DNA of 64,000 nucleotides from an uncultured Bacteroidales bacterium (GCA_947168365.1 CAMVLO010000002.1:68770-132769); one strand, 5' to 3'; numbered from the stretch's first letter, positions 44,832 through 55,774 are shown. Made by a program: numbers and translations. Notes: a model not told the origin generated them from the letters alone.

Positions 44832-47800
44832 GTGAAAGAGAAGTTTGTACAACTGTTTGTGAAATTTCAGTTTCTGGTATATGCAACAATACTGTGCATA
44901 TCTGCAACTGTATTGGAATCGTATCTCAGTGGAGTTACCTCGGCGAGAATAGATTCCGACAGGGTGGAGAATGTATTGCATATAAAAGAAACAAAACTTG
45001 ACAGCATTCTGACGTTTTTTCAAAATGAGGTAGAGAAAGGAGAAAACTTTCATAAAGAAAATTCGATATGGCTGTTTAAACAAAATCTTGATTATCTCAA
45101 AGACGAAGGTTTTACGGTATTTGTCTACGAGAAAGATACATTGAGATTTTGGACAGATAATGTTGTACCCGCAGGCAGAATATTTTCGCAGTCGTTGCTC
45201 AATAATACATTTGCTAATCTTGACAATGCTTGGTACGAAATCCGCACCGTAATCAACGGCGACTATCGTTATGTCGGATTAATTTTTCTGAAGAATAAGT
45301 ATAATCTCAAAAACAAATATCTTAAAAACGAATTTTTACCCGATTTTAATCACGGTCCTGAGATTCAAATTTCTATGGTACCGGTAAGTTTCGGTATGGA
45401 TATCCGTGACAAAGACGGTAAATATGTTTTTACGCTTGTACCTACAAGTACTTACGACATGGAGGGCGAGAAATTTAATTCCGTCGGAATACTTTATTTC
45501 CTGTCGTTGGTGATGATGTTGATTTTTATTTATACTGTAATTTGCCGGCTTGCCAAGGAGGACGGTAATTACCTGAAAATAATATCAATAATAATAGGTG
45601 TAGTGGTAGTAAGAACATTGATGGCGATATTCAAGCTGCCGCCGTCGATATATTCTTTAAACTTTTTTGATCCGGAATTCTTTTTAGGACCGGGAATATT
45701 TTCAAGGTTTGGTGATTTTATTATCAATTCGGTAGTAATATTAGCAGTAGTAGTTTATATCTTTAAACTTACAGAATACAACAAAGTAGGCGATTATTTG
45801 AAAACTGCTCCGAAGAAAAATCTGTATACGATTTGGGGATTTTCGTTGACAGTTTACTTTTTGTTTTTCGGATACTTGTATTCTGTTACAAAACAGCTTA
45901 TAGGTCACAGCAAAATATTGTTTCAGCTTACAAATATCATAGAGCTTGATATTTACAGTATATCCGGCATTATGATTTTGATAATACTGACAGCTGCACT
46001 TATATATACATCAGTAAAGATGACATCTTATTTTGATTATTCTTTGATAAAAAATCTGAATAAGACATTATTAATAAGTGCCGGAGTCGGAGTAGTATTA
46101 TTTATAGTATCATCGTTGATATTCAGTCTGCAAACAGCAATAGCCTTGTTGTATGTATGTTTGATATTGGGTGCATCTATGATTATGCATTACAAAAATG
46201 CAGAAACAAGTGTCTACCGTTATATATTTATGGTATTTTTGAGTGCGGTATTTACATGTAATCTTATAAGTAATACCACAGAACAAAAAATCATAGAAGA
46301 AAGCAAAACATTGGTAACCTATCCGGCAGACGAGCGCGATCAAATTGCGGAACTTCTTTTGAGTGATATTTCTCAAAAGCTGCCTAACGATGAGGTAATT
46401 ACAGATTTCTTGAGAATTTCAGACACTCAACAGCGAGTTTCCAAACTTCGTGATTATATTCAGCATCAGTATTTCAACGAGTTTAGAAGCAAATATAATC
46501 TTAGTACCAAAGTTTTTAAATTAGAGCCCGGAGAATTGTTTGCCGATATAGATGATGATTTTGTAAAAGCCGTAGAGCAACACGGCAAGTCGGTAAATGC
46601 TACAGGTTTTTATTTTGTTGACAAAAATGACGGTACAATCAGTTACATGTGTCCGTTGAGATATGTAATCAGTCAACAGATATTTTATTTGTGTATTTCG
46701 TTGGATTCCAAACCGATACCTCAAGAATTGGGTTATCCGGAATTGTTGATGGATAATAGTGTAAAACCATCACCGATACGAGATTACAGTTACGCGAAGT
46801 ATTCACGCAGTCGCAAGATTTCTCAAAACGGAAATTATAATTACGATTTGACTGACGGTGTATATATTGCTGAAGTAGGGGAGGGGGATACCATCGCTAC
46901 TACCAAAACCGGCGATTATATTCATACAATTTATCGTAACGGCGAGAATACCATTGTGTTGTCGCATAGAAAATTATCAATATCTGATTTTGTAACACAA
47001 TTTGCGTATTTGTTTGTAACATATATTACTGTTTTGTTGATAGTATTGGTAATCAAGATGTTTCTTACAAACAATACAAATTACCGTTATCAAATAAAAA
47101 CGCGATTGATATTTTCGATAACAGGAATATTGATGTTGTCATTCATATTTATATGTATTGCAACGGCATATATCAATTTCCATCGTTTCAAGGAAGACAA
47201 CATGAAGAGTATCGACGAAAAGGTTAAGAGTGTTTACATGGAATTGGAACATACCTGCGGCGATACTACAAGTTTTTCAACGATGTGGAATCCAAATACA
47301 AATAGTGTGATGGATGAATATTTGGTACAATTGTCACATATATTTTTCATTGATATCAATTTGTATGGACCACACGGACAATTGATAGCAAGTTCACGCC
47401 CGGAAATATTTAGACAGGGACTTATCAGTACCCGTATGAATACTACCGTTTTACGACAATTTGTATTAGGAAACAAGTCAAATATAATTCAAGACGAGAA
47501 AATCGGACAAATGCAGTATGCATCAGCCTATATTCCGTTTTACAATTATAAAGACAATTTGATGGGTTACATCAATTTGCCGTATTTTACAAAGCCTGAC
47601 GTTTTTAAACGTGAGCTTAGCAATTTGATAGTTTCAATTATCAATCTGTATGTTGTTTTGATGATGCTAAGTATTGTAGTTGCAGTATTTGTATCAGAAC
47701 GTATCGTTCAGCCAATCAAGTTGATACAGCACAAGATGGAGAAAATAGAGCTTGGCAAACAGCACGAGAAAATCGAGTATGACCGCAAAGACGAGTTGGG

Positions 47801-48554
47801 ACAACTTGTTGCCGAGTACAACAATATGGCAGAAAAGTTGGAAGAAAGTGCGAAATTGTTGGCACAAGGAGAGCGAGAAAGTGCATGGCGTGAGATGGCA
47901 AAACAAATTGCGCATGAAATCAAAAATCCGCTTACACCGATGAAACTCAGTATCCAGTTTTTGATGAGTCGCAGGTCAGATGCCGGTTTCGACGGAATTT
48001 TGGAAAAAGTTTCAAATACATTGATTCAACAAATTGATACATTGTCATCAATAGCAACCGGATTTTCCAACTTTGCAAAGATGCCGAAGCCAAACGAACA
48101 TCCTTTCAATGTGGTTGAAACATTGGAAAATGTTATTCAATTGTTCAATAATGTTGACAATATGGATATTACCTCGGATTTGGGCGGCTACAAAGAGATA
48201 ATAATTGTAGCAGACAAAGAGCAGATTTCGCGTGTGTTTATCAACTTGATAAAAAATGCAACACAAGCAATACCCGATGGTGTAAGAGGTAAGATTCATG
48301 TAACATTGGAATGTAAAGAAAAGCTTGTAATAAAAATTGCTGACAACGGTTGTGGTATTCCTGACGAAATTCGAGGAAAATTGTTTACTCCGTCTTTTAC
48401 AACGAAGAGTAGCGGTTCGGGTTTAGGATTAGCAATGGTTAAAAATATAATAATCAATGCGAAAGGAGATATTACCTTTGAATCTGAAGTAGGAAAAGGA
48501 ACAACCTTTATTGTAACATTGCCTATCAATAAAAAGCCACAGCAGACAACTTGA
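44832..48554 (+). CDS. Large multi-TM sensor histidine kinase
   Basis: More than 10 hydrophobic helices and a HAMP-like linker. HisKA box MAKQIAHEIKNPLTPM. HATPase blocks NLIKNATQA, DNGCGIP and GSGLGLA. The GTG start at 44832 is uncertain. Confidence 0.85.
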   Translation: MKEKFVQLFVKFQFLVYATILCISATVLESYLSGVTSARIDSDRVENVLHIKETKLDSILTFFQNEVEKGENFHKENSIWLFKQNLDYLKDEGFTVFVYEKDTLRFWTDNVVPAGRIFSQSLLNNTFANLDNAWYEIRTVINGDYRYVGLIFLKNKYNLKNKYLKNEFLPDFNHGPEIQISMVPVSFGMDIRDKDGKYVFTLVPTSTYDMEGEKFNSVGILYFLSLVMMLIFIYTVICRLAKEDGNYLKIISIIIGVVVVRTLMAIFKLPPSIYSLNFFDPEFFLGPGIFSRFGDFIINSVVILAVVVYIFKLTEYNKVGDYLKTAPKKNLYTIWGFSLTVYFLFFGYLYSVTKQLIGHSKILFQLTNIIELDIYSISGIMILIILTAALIYTSVKMTSYFDYSLIKNLNKTLLISAGVGVVLFIVSSLIFSLQTAIALLYVCLILGASMIMHYKNAETSVYRYIFMVFLSAVFTCNLISNTTEQKIIEESKTLVTYPADERDQIAELLLSDISQKLPNDEVITDFLRISDTQQRVSKLRDYIQHQYFNEFRSKYNLSTKVFKLEPGELFADIDDDFVKAVEQHGKSVNATGFYFVDKNDGTISYMCPLRYVISQQIFYLCISLDSKPIPQELGYPELLMDNSVKPSPIRDYSYAKYSRSRKISQNGNYNYDLTDGVYIAEVGEGDTIATTKTGDYIHTIYRNGENTIVLSHRKLSISDFVTQFAYLFVTYITVLLIVLVIKMFLTNNTNYRYQIKTRLIFSITGILMLSFIFICIATAYINFHRFKEDNMKSIDEKVKSVYMELEHTCGDTTSFSTMWNPNTNSVMDEYLVQLSHIFFIDINLYGPHGQLIASSRPEIFRQGLISTRMNTTVLRQFVLGNKSNIIQDEKIGQMQYASAYIPFYNYKDNLMGYINLPYFTKPDVFKRELSNLIVSIINLYVVLMMLSIVVAVFVSERIVQPIKLIQHKMEKIELGKQHEKIEYDRKDELGQLVAEYNNMAEKLEESAKLLAQGERESAWREMAKQIAHEIKNPLTPMKLSIQFLMSRRSDAGFDGILEKVSNTLIQQIDTLSSIATGFSNFAKMPKPNEHPFNVVETLENVIQLFNNVDNMDITSDLGGYKEIIIVADKEQISRVFINLIKNATQAIPDGVRGKIHVTLECKEKLVIKIADNGCGIPDEIRGKLFTPSFTTKSSGSGLGLAMVKNIIINAKGDITFESEVGKGTTFIVTLPINKKPQQTT

Positions 48555-48626
48555 TGTAAAAAAGGTTATAAAAAAATGTTGAAGTAAAAAAATTAATAAA
48601 TGATTTACTTTATCATTTTTTTTATA

Positions 48627-48634
48627 TACCTTTG
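48627..48634 (+). promoter_or_regulatory. TAnnTTTG -7 box
   Basis: TACCTTTG lies 23 nt upstream of the ATG at 48657. Confidence 0.45.
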
Positions 48635-48656
48635 CCCAAAATTTTTAATACAATAA

Positions 48657-49439
48657 ATGAAACAATTAAAGTATATATTAACATCACTATTAGCTGTAAT
48701 AATTGTTGGATGTAAAACTCCTAAAGATATAGCGTATTTTCAAGATTTGAAAGAAGATACGGTTATGAAAATTGAGAGCGAGAGCCCTAACTTCAGATTG
48801 AAACCGGGGGATAAATTATCGATCGTTGTAACATGTCGTGATAAGCAAGTTGCAGAGATGTTTAATTTAATCAGACCGACTTTCAACAGTGGTGGTAGTT
48901 CCGGTTCAATTGTTTATTATACCGTAAATCCTGATGGTACAATTGATTTCCCTTTAATTGGTTCAATAGAAGTAGTGAATTTGACACGTTCTGAATTGGA
49001 AAATTTAATAAAAAGTAAACTCATTGAACTTCAATATATACAAGATCCGGTTGTAATAGTAGAATTTAATAGTCTTTATTACAATGTTTTGGGCGAGGTT
49101 ACAAAACCCGGTCGCTATAATATCACAACAGATAAATTTACTGTTCTTGATGCAATAGGAGCTGCCGGAGATTTAACCATTCAAGGCTTGAGAAAGAATG
49201 TTAAAATAATTAGAGAAGAAGCCAACGGTCGTCAAGTTTATGAAATAGATTTGACCAACGCTGAAAGTATTCTCACGTCTCCTGCATATTATATTCAACA
49301 GAATGATGTTTTGTATGTAGAAGGAAACAATCAGCGTAAGAGACAATCTCTTGTAAACGGAAATACAACGCATTCAGCATCGTTTTGGATTTCGGTTGCA
49401 TCACTCTTGGGATCTATGTATGTAATATTTGTAAAGTAA
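48657..49439 (+). CDS. Polysaccharide export protein (Wza-like)
   Basis: Lipoprotein signal (IIVGCKTP). DIAYFQDL and FRLKPGDKLSIVV Poly_export motifs, plus a SLBB-like region. Confidence 0.85.
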   Translation: MKQLKYILTSLLAVIIVGCKTPKDIAYFQDLKEDTVMKIESESPNFRLKPGDKLSIVVTCRDKQVAEMFNLIRPTFNSGGSSGSIVYYTVNPDGTIDFPLIGSIEVVNLTRSELENLIKSKLIELQYIQDPVVIVEFNSLYYNVLGEVTKPGRYNITTDKFTVLDAIGAAGDLTIQGLRKNVKIIREEANGRQVYEIDLTNAESILTSPAYYIQQNDVLYVEGNNQRKRQSLVNGNTTHSASFWISVASLLGSMYVIFVK

Positions 49440-49451
49440 CTTTTTAAAGAA

Positions 49452-51983
49452 ATGGTAGAAAATCAGGTAGCTGAAACACAACAAGTTGAAGCAAAAGAAA
49501 TATCAGCACAAAGTACATTAAATATTCCGGATTTGATATTTGCATGCCTATCAAGATGGTGGTGGTTTGCTGTATCAGTTTTGATTTGTGCATCAATTGC
49601 TGTTGCGTATTTACTTACAACTCCCAAAATATATACTCGTTCTGCTGCGATTATGATTAAAGAAGAAAGTAAAAAAACTTCTTCTTTTAGTAGTAAGATG
49701 AATTCGTTCGCAGAAATGGGTATGTTTTCGATGGAGTCAAGTGTTTACAACGAACTTATTGCTATACAATCTCCTTCATTGATGTTGGAAGTTGTAAAGA
49801 GATTAAAACTTGATTACAATTATGCAATTGAAGATAAATTTCGTAAGTTAGTTGTATACGGATATTCACTTCCGTTTGAGGCAGAATTGTTGGATGCAAC
49901 GGATATGACTTCAGGAAGTTTTACAATTGTATTGTCATCTGACGGTTCATTTTTTATGACTGACTTTTTGTTTCCGGGAACTGATGAGCCAATTAAGGAA
50001 ATTGTAAAAGGTGTTGCCGGTACTAAAGTCAACACTCCGCTTGGTGATGTTTTGATTACAGGAAATAAGTACCTTAGTAAAATAGAAAAACCTACAAAAT
50101 ATTTTGTTAGTAAAAGTTCTTTGAGAGGTTCGATGTTGGCATATAGCGGTAAATTTTCAGCATCTTTAAATGATAAAAAAGCTTCTGTAATTACACTTAC
50201 TGTAAATGATCAAAATATTCAGAGGGCAGAGGACATCTTGAATATGATGATTACAGTATACAATGAGAAGTGGGTAGAAGATAAAAACCAACTTGCTATT
50301 AGTACTTCATATTTTATTAACGACCGTTTGAATAAAATCGAGCAGGAGTTAGGAAGTATTGATGGTGATGTTTCTTCGTTTAAGTCGTCTAACTTATTAC
50401 CTGATATTGAGAAATCAAGTGATATGTTTTATACTCAGGCCAATACGCTTAATAATCAGATTATTTTACTGAACACTCAGTTGTATATGGCTCAGCAAGT
50501 GAAGTCGTATGTGGCTGACACTACAAAAAAATATCAACTGATTCCGGTATATTTGGGCGGCGAAAACAATGGAGCTACAGAACGTCAAGTTTCGGAATAC
50601 AACGCTGCTGTATTGCAACGTAATAGTTTGATTGCTTCTTCTTCTGAGAAAAACCCGTTGGTGAAAGATATAAATGAGAAAATCGATGATATGAGAGCTA
50701 CTATTATCGGTTCTATCAACAATCAGATAAATTACATCAATGCTCAGATTAAGTCGTTGAAAAACAATTTGAATCAGAGTATTTCTCATATTTCGAGCAA
50801 CCCTGACAAAGCTAAATATTTGTTGACAATTCAAAGACAGCAAAAGATTAAAGAATCACTTTATTTGTTTTTACTTCAAAAACGTGAAGAAAATGAATTG
50901 TCACAAGCATTTACTGCATACAATACACGTTTGATTACGCCTCCTATGGGTGCTAACAAACCGACAAAACCTCAGAATATGAAGATTATAGGTATTGCGG
51001 TAGCTTTGGGACTTGTAATTCCGTTTGGTATTATATTCTTGATTGAATCCAATAATACCAAAGTACGTTCTCGCAAAGATTTGGAGAATCTTTCAATTCC
51101 TTTTGTTGGAGAGATTCCTCAACATACTCGTATTCATCGCAAAGGTATATTAAAATTTCTCAAACGCAGAAAAGAATATGATGTTGACGTAAAACAGATA
51201 CTTGTAAAACCCGATTGTAAAAATGTTACTAATGAGGCTTTCAGAGTTGTGAGAAGTAACATCGAGTTTATTAATACTACCGAGGAAAAAAAAGTTGTAC
51301 TTGTAACATCGTTGATGACAGGTAGTGGTAAGTCGTTTATTTCGTCTAACTTGGGTGCTTCTTTTGCGTTAAAATCCAAGAAAACTATTGTAATTGACTT
51401 AGACTTACGTAAAGCTTCTTTGAGTCAGTTAGTTGACAGTCCTGAATCCGGAGTTTCTACATTTCTTGCCGGTTACGACCAGGATTGGAAACCATTAGTA
51501 AAACAGATTCGTGAGAATTATTATATTTTGCCGGCGGGTGTTATTCCGCCTAATCCGGCTGAACTTCTTTACTCAAATCGTTTTGACCGTATGATCAACG
51601 AAATGAAAGAAGAATATGACTGGATTCTTTTGGACTGTCCTCCGGTAGAAATTGTTGCTGATACAAGTATTATTGCACGTCATGTCAACATGTCGTTGTT
51701 CATTGTAAGAATTGGTAATCTTGATCGTAGTATGCTTCCGATTATTGATAAGATGTATCTTAGCAAGAAGTTGCCGAATGTTTGTTTGCTTCTTAACGGT
51801 AGCAAAACTGCCAATGGTCATTACGGTTACTCACGTTACGGTTATGGTTACGGATACGGTTACGGCTATGGCTATGGATACGGTTACGGCTATGGTTATG
51901 GATACGGTTACGGAGTTTCTGATGATGAAGCTTTCGATGATGACGTTGAAACTGTTCCGAAAAAGAAACATCGTAAAAAGTAG
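49452..51983 (+). CDS. Polysaccharide co-polymerase / BY-type tyrosine kinase (Wzc-like)
   Basis: Wzz-like N-terminus with two TM helices. VTSLMTGSGKSF Walker A and ILLDCPP Walker B. Tyr-rich C-terminal tail. Confidence 0.85.
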   Translation: MVENQVAETQQVEAKEISAQSTLNIPDLIFACLSRWWWFAVSVLICASIAVAYLLTTPKIYTRSAAIMIKEESKKTSSFSSKMNSFAEMGMFSMESSVYNELIAIQSPSLMLEVVKRLKLDYNYAIEDKFRKLVVYGYSLPFEAELLDATDMTSGSFTIVLSSDGSFFMTDFLFPGTDEPIKEIVKGVAGTKVNTPLGDVLITGNKYLSKIEKPTKYFVSKSSLRGSMLAYSGKFSASLNDKKASVITLTVNDQNIQRAEDILNMMITVYNEKWVEDKNQLAISTSYFINDRLNKIEQELGSIDGDVSSFKSSNLLPDIEKSSDMFYTQANTLNNQIILLNTQLYMAQQVKSYVADTTKKYQLIPVYLGGENNGATERQVSEYNAAVLQRNSLIASSSEKNPLVKDINEKIDDMRATIIGSINNQINYINAQIKSLKNNLNQSISHISSNPDKAKYLLTIQRQQKIKESLYLFLLQKREENELSQAFTAYNTRLITPPMGANKPTKPQNMKIIGIAVALGLVIPFGIIFLIESNNTKVRSRKDLENLSIPFVGEIPQHTRIHRKGILKFLKRRKEYDVDVKQILVKPDCKNVTNEAFRVVRSNIEFINTTEEKKVVLVTSLMTGSGKSFISSNLGASFALKSKKTIVIDLDLRKASLSQLVDSPESGVSTFLAGYDQDWKPLVKQIRENYYILPAGVIPPNPAELLYSNRFDRMINEMKEEYDWILLDCPPVEIVADTSIIARHVNMSLFIVRIGNLDRSMLPIIDKMYLSKKLPNVCLLLNGSKTANGHYGYSRYGYGYGYGYGYGYGYGYGYGYGYGYGVSDDEAFDDDVETVPKKKHRKK

Positions 51984-52133
51984 ATTTAATTTTTATTCTA
52001 TATTTAGTTTTATGAAGGTTGCAATTGTGATTAAGTTCGCTGTTGTGACCTTTTTTATTTTTACATACTATTTATTTTGAAATTGCGTTTATAATTATGA
52101 ATAGACTTATATTATAACAACAATAAAACTAAT

Positions 52134-52165
52134 CCGACAGAGAATTAATTTTCTGTCGGTTTTTT
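52134..52165 (+). terminator. Rho-independent terminator
   Basis: CCGACAGA...TCTGTCGG stem followed by T6. Confidence 0.65.
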
Positions 52166-52201
52166 ATTTTGCAAATTTTGAGTTCTGTAACAAAAAAATC
52201 T

Positions 52202-52209
52202 TACCTTTG
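52202..52209 (+). promoter_or_regulatory. TAnnTTTG -7 box
   Basis: TACCTTTG lies 27 nt upstream of the ATG at 52236. Confidence 0.45.
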
Positions 52210-52235
52210 CGCGGTATTTATTAACAGTTACAAAA

Positions 52236-53000
52236 ATGGTAGAGATTTGCAGTTTGGCTTCCGGTAGTAATGGAAATTGTTATTATATTGGAAATCAGGA
52301 AAATGGAATTATTATTGATGATGGTATTTATTATAAACGTTTGGTAGAGCGTTGCGAAGTCGCTAATATTCCGTTGGAAAAGATTAGAGCCGTTTTTGTT
52401 TCGCACGAGCATGCTGACCATGTTCGCGGTGTAAGAGTTTTAAATAAAAGAACTAATATTCCTGCTTATTTTACTTCTAAAACTTATTACCAAACTTTCA
52501 AGAAAGATCGTCCTGCCAATTTTTGTGAACTTATTCCCGGTGAAGTTGTTGATATCTTTGGAATAAAAGTTCATTGTTTTAGTAAGCATCATGATGCCAA
52601 AGATCCTGTGAGTTTCAGAATCGAAATCAACGGTCTGAATATCGGCGTGATGACTGATATTGGTGTTGCGGACGAAATCCTTCAGTCTGAATTTTCTAAA
52701 TGTCAAGCTGTATTTTTGGAAAGCAATTATGACGAAGAGATGTTAAAAAATGGTTCCTATCCGTATTATTTGAAAGAACGTGTAGCTTCTGAAGTAGGAC
52801 ATCTTTCTAATACTCAGGCTTTTGAATTAGTACGTGATTTTGCAAATGAGAATCTTTCGCACTTGATTTTTTCTCATATTTCGGCTGAAAACAATACTAA
52901 AGAAAAAGTCCTTGAAAAGTTTGAACCTTTCAAGGACAAGTATAAGATGTATGTTGCTCCGCGTTACGAATGTGGCGAAGTTATAAAATTATCTGACTAA
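52236..53000 (+). CDS. MBL-fold metallo-hydrolase
   Basis: VSHEHADHVRG (HxHxDH motif). 254 aa. Confidence 0.85.
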   Translation: MVEICSLASGSNGNCYYIGNQENGIIIDDGIYYKRLVERCEVANIPLEKIRAVFVSHEHADHVRGVRVLNKRTNIPAYFTSKTYYQTFKKDRPANFCELIPGEVVDIFGIKVHCFSKHHDAKDPVSFRIEINGLNIGVMTDIGVADEILQSEFSKCQAVFLESNYDEEMLKNGSYPYYLKERVASEVGHLSNTQAFELVRDFANENLSHLIFSHISAENNTKEKVLEKFEPFKDKYKMYVAPRYECGEVIKLSD

Positions 53001-55145
53001 ATCAAGCTCTTTGATGATATTTTGTGCATTCCCGAGCTTGTCGATAAGGAAAACTACGTAACGGATATCTACCGAGATATTGCGGCAAATTTCCGGATTG
53101 TAATTGATATCGCTCATTGTGCCTTGCCAACAACGGTCAAAATTTATTCCGATAAGTTCTCCGTTGGCATTTACAACCGGACTTCCTGAGTTGCCGCCTG
53201 TTGTGTGGTTCGATCCCGTAAAACATACATGGATTTTCCCGTCACTCTTGTCGGCATATTTTCCGTAATTCTTTGTACGATAGAGTTCTTTCAATTTTTC
53301 AGGAACGTGATAATCGTAGATGTCAGGATTATCTTTTTCGATTACGCCTTCCAATGTTGTATAAGGTTTGAAAATTACACCGTCGTTGGGTTCGTAACCT
53401 TTTACTTTGCCGTATGTAAATCTCAATGTGAAATTTGCGTCAGGAAATTGAATCTTTTCAGGCATATATTTAATCATCGCACTCTGATATTCTTTGTCCA
53501 AATTGTCATTTTGGTTGTAGAAATTTCTGAGTTGAGGCATGATTTTGTCAAAATACATCGTTATGAATCGATAGTAATAAATTATTCCCGGATCTTTAAG
53601 TAATGTATTTTTCATTGTTTTTACATTTTTTTCCCATTTAGATTGACTGTTTCCGATATTTGCTAAATACTTGTCAATAAAACTTTTAAGTTTCACAGTA
53701 TCAGCCAATACTGAATTGTTGTAATAGTAATTTACATAATCAGAGGCATTTTTGATGCCGTTGTTTTTGTAAATTGTAGCAAATGTATCGGGCATGAAAG
53801 CCGCACACGAATCGGAATAAATCTGTAAAAGTCTTGTAAAAAGTCTGCGTTCCAAGGCTTTGTCTCTTGATGATACTATTGATTTTACATCGTTGTAAAT
53901 CGAATATGCTTCTTTTTGCAATTCTGTCGGAGTAAGATTTTCGCTTATTGTAGCAAGTTTATAAAGTTTTTCTCCGGTTTTAAATTGCATTGTTTGGTAG
54001 ATACTTTCTACAAAATATGCATCGGCTCTTAGTACGTTAATCGAATTTTTGTAAGATTCGTTGTACTGTTTGAGCAATGTAGAATAATCGGCATCGTTGC
54101 TGATTTGTTTGCTGAAATCTTTTTCAAAATTGCGTTTTTGATTTATAACATCAAAACGTTTCAGACCCAAAATCACGCCTTCCCATTTTTTCTTTGCATT
54201 TTCTACTCCTGCGTAACGGCTTGTGTATTTTAGCCTTACAGTTCTGTCTGCATCAATTGCTTCTTCCATAAGGTCCATGATATTTTGACGGACAAATATT
54301 CTTGATGGAAACAATACATTTTGACGCGCATCTACACCGTATGAACTGAGGTAAAGTTCTGTATTTCCCGGATATCCGAATACCATCGTAAAATCTCCTT
54401 CCTGAACTCCTTTCAACGAGATTTTGAAATGTTGTTTAGGTTGGTACGGAACATTTTCCGGTGAATAGTCAGCCGGTTCGTTGTTTTTGTCAGCATAAAT
54501 TCTAAACATCGAAAAATCACCGCCGTGACGAGGCCACATCCAGTTGTCGGTATCGCCGCCGAAATTTCCGATTGATGACGGTGGTGCGCCTACTAATCTT
54601 ACATCACTAAATACTTTGTATACAAACAAATAGTAAACATTTCCGGCATAAAAATTTTCAATTTCGTATTCAAGTTTTTCTCCGAAACGTTTTTTTGCAT
54701 CTTCTATGCAAGCTTTTTCACCTTCTTTGTTGGTAACGTCAAATTTCTGAAGATTAATTTCTTCCATGCGTTCAAGAATCTGAATTGTCAAACCCTTGCA
54801 TGGTAATTCTTCATTAAGACTTTTTGCCCAAAATCCGTCGGTCAAATAATCGTGTTCCAATGTGCTGTGGCTCTGAATTTGTCCGCGTCCGCAGTGATGA
54901 TTTGTTAACAACAAACCTTTGTTGCTGACAATTTCGCCGGTGCAGCCGCCGCCAAACTGAAGTACTGCATCTTTCATACAAGCTTTGTTGATACTGTAAA
55001 CGTCTTCGGCTGTAAGTTTGAATCCGTTTGCCTGCATATCTTTGATATGGTCGCCTACCAAAATAGGTAGCCACATCCCGCCGTCGGCAAGCAATATGCT
55101 GCTGCTTGTCAACAACAATGCTAATGATAATAAAATTTTTTTCAT
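52989..55145 (-). CDS. S46 family dipeptidyl-peptidase (DPP7/DPP11-like)
   Basis: Signal peptide. DGGMWLP, TNHHCG (catalytic His) and TGGNSGSPV (catalytic Ser). 718 aa. Confidence 0.85.
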   Translation of the reverse strand: MKKILLSLALLLTSSSILLADGGMWLPILVGDHIKDMQANGFKLTAEDVYSINKACMKDAVLQFGGGCTGEIVSNKGLLLTNHHCGRGQIQSHSTLEHDYLTDGFWAKSLNEELPCKGLTIQILERMEEINLQKFDVTNKEGEKACIEDAKKRFGEKLEYEIENFYAGNVYYLFVYKVFSDVRLVGAPPSSIGNFGGDTDNWMWPRHGGDFSMFRIYADKNNEPADYSPENVPYQPKQHFKISLKGVQEGDFTMVFGYPGNTELYLSSYGVDARQNVLFPSRIFVRQNIMDLMEEAIDADRTVRLKYTSRYAGVENAKKKWEGVILGLKRFDVINQKRNFEKDFSKQISNDADYSTLLKQYNESYKNSINVLRADAYFVESIYQTMQFKTGEKLYKLATISENLTPTELQKEAYSIYNDVKSIVSSRDKALERRLFTRLLQIYSDSCAAFMPDTFATIYKNNGIKNASDYVNYYYNNSVLADTVKLKSFIDKYLANIGNSQSKWEKNVKTMKNTLLKDPGIIYYYRFITMYFDKIMPQLRNFYNQNDNLDKEYQSAMIKYMPEKIQFPDANFTLRFTYGKVKGYEPNDGVIFKPYTTLEGVIEKDNPDIYDYHVPEKLKELYRTKNYGKYADKSDGKIHVCFTGSNHTTGGNSGSPVVNANGELIGINFDRCWQGTMSDINYNPEICRNISVDIRYVVFLIDKLGNAQNIIKELDLVR

Positions 55146-55175
55146 GTGCTTATCTTTAAAAAAAATAAAAATTGA

Positions 55176-55769
55176 TTATTCTTGGTGTCTGCCTTTCAAA
55201 ACAGCTACCACGTCTTCGATTTTTTTGCCTCTTGAACTTAGCAATACAATTACATGATACAGTAAATCAGCCGCTTCGTTTAAGAATAATGAATCGTTGT
55301 TGTCTTTGGATTCTATGATAAGTTCTACAGCTTCTTCTCCAACTTTTTTTGCAATCTTGTTGGTGCCTTCGCGGAAAAGCTTGGTTGTGTAGCTTCCTAC
55401 AGGACGTTCTGCATTGCGTTTGTCGATAAATTGTTGTAAATAAGACAAAAATCCGATGTTAGACTCTTCAAAATCAAAACATGATGTTGTGCCTTTGTGG
55501 CATGTCGGTCCGTCGGCTTTGGCTTTAATTAAAATTGTATCGTTGTCGCAATCTACGTACATCTCTTTTACGTGAAGAAAATTTCCTGAAGTTTCGCCCT
55601 TGGTCCAAAGGCAGTTGCGAGAACGACTCCAAAATGTTACTTTGCCGGTTTCTTGAGTTTTCTTGTAACTTTCCTCGTTCATGTAGCCGAGCATCAATAC
55701 TTGAAGTGTCTGATAATCTTGTATAACGGCGGGAATTAATCCGCCCATTTTCTGAAAGTCTAAATTCAT
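55176..55769 (-). CDS. hisIE: Bifunctional phosphoribosyl-AMP cyclohydrolase / phosphoribosyl-ATP pyrophosphatase
   Basis: GLIPAVIQD...WSRSR..LW.KGETSG..L (HisI), then a HisE-like helical C-terminus (EEAVELIIE...EAADLLYH). Position in the his operon. Confidence 0.9.
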   Translation of the reverse strand: MNLDFQKMGGLIPAVIQDYQTLQVLMLGYMNEESYKKTQETGKVTFWSRSRNCLWTKGETSGNFLHVKEMYVDCDNDTILIKAKADGPTCHKGTTSCFDFEESNIGFLSYLQQFIDKRNAERPVGSYTTKLFREGTNKIAKKVGEEAVELIIESKDNNDSLFLNEAADLLYHVIVLLSSRGKKIEDVVAVLKGRHQE

Positions 55770-55774
55770 GGTTT

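Noticed and set aside
47694-47943. Cluster of four short overlapping ORFs on both strands inside the histidine kinase gene.
   Set aside because: The region encodes the conserved HAMP/HisKA junction of the kinase (MAKQIAHEIKNPLTPM follows). The short ORFs are frame shadows.
51837-51914. The (YG)13-coding tract as a slippage-prone microsatellite or phase-variation switch.
   Set aside because: The DNA is not a perfect hexanucleotide repeat, because tac/tat and ggt/gga/ggc are mixed. Simple strand slippage is therefore unlikely. I keep it only as a protein-level curiosity.
52989-53000. 12-bp overlap of the convergent 3' ends of the MBL hydrolase and S46 peptidase genes, as a possible antisense regulatory arrangement.
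   Set aside because: Short convergent overlaps are common. No hairpin or other signal is present, so there is nothing specific to test.
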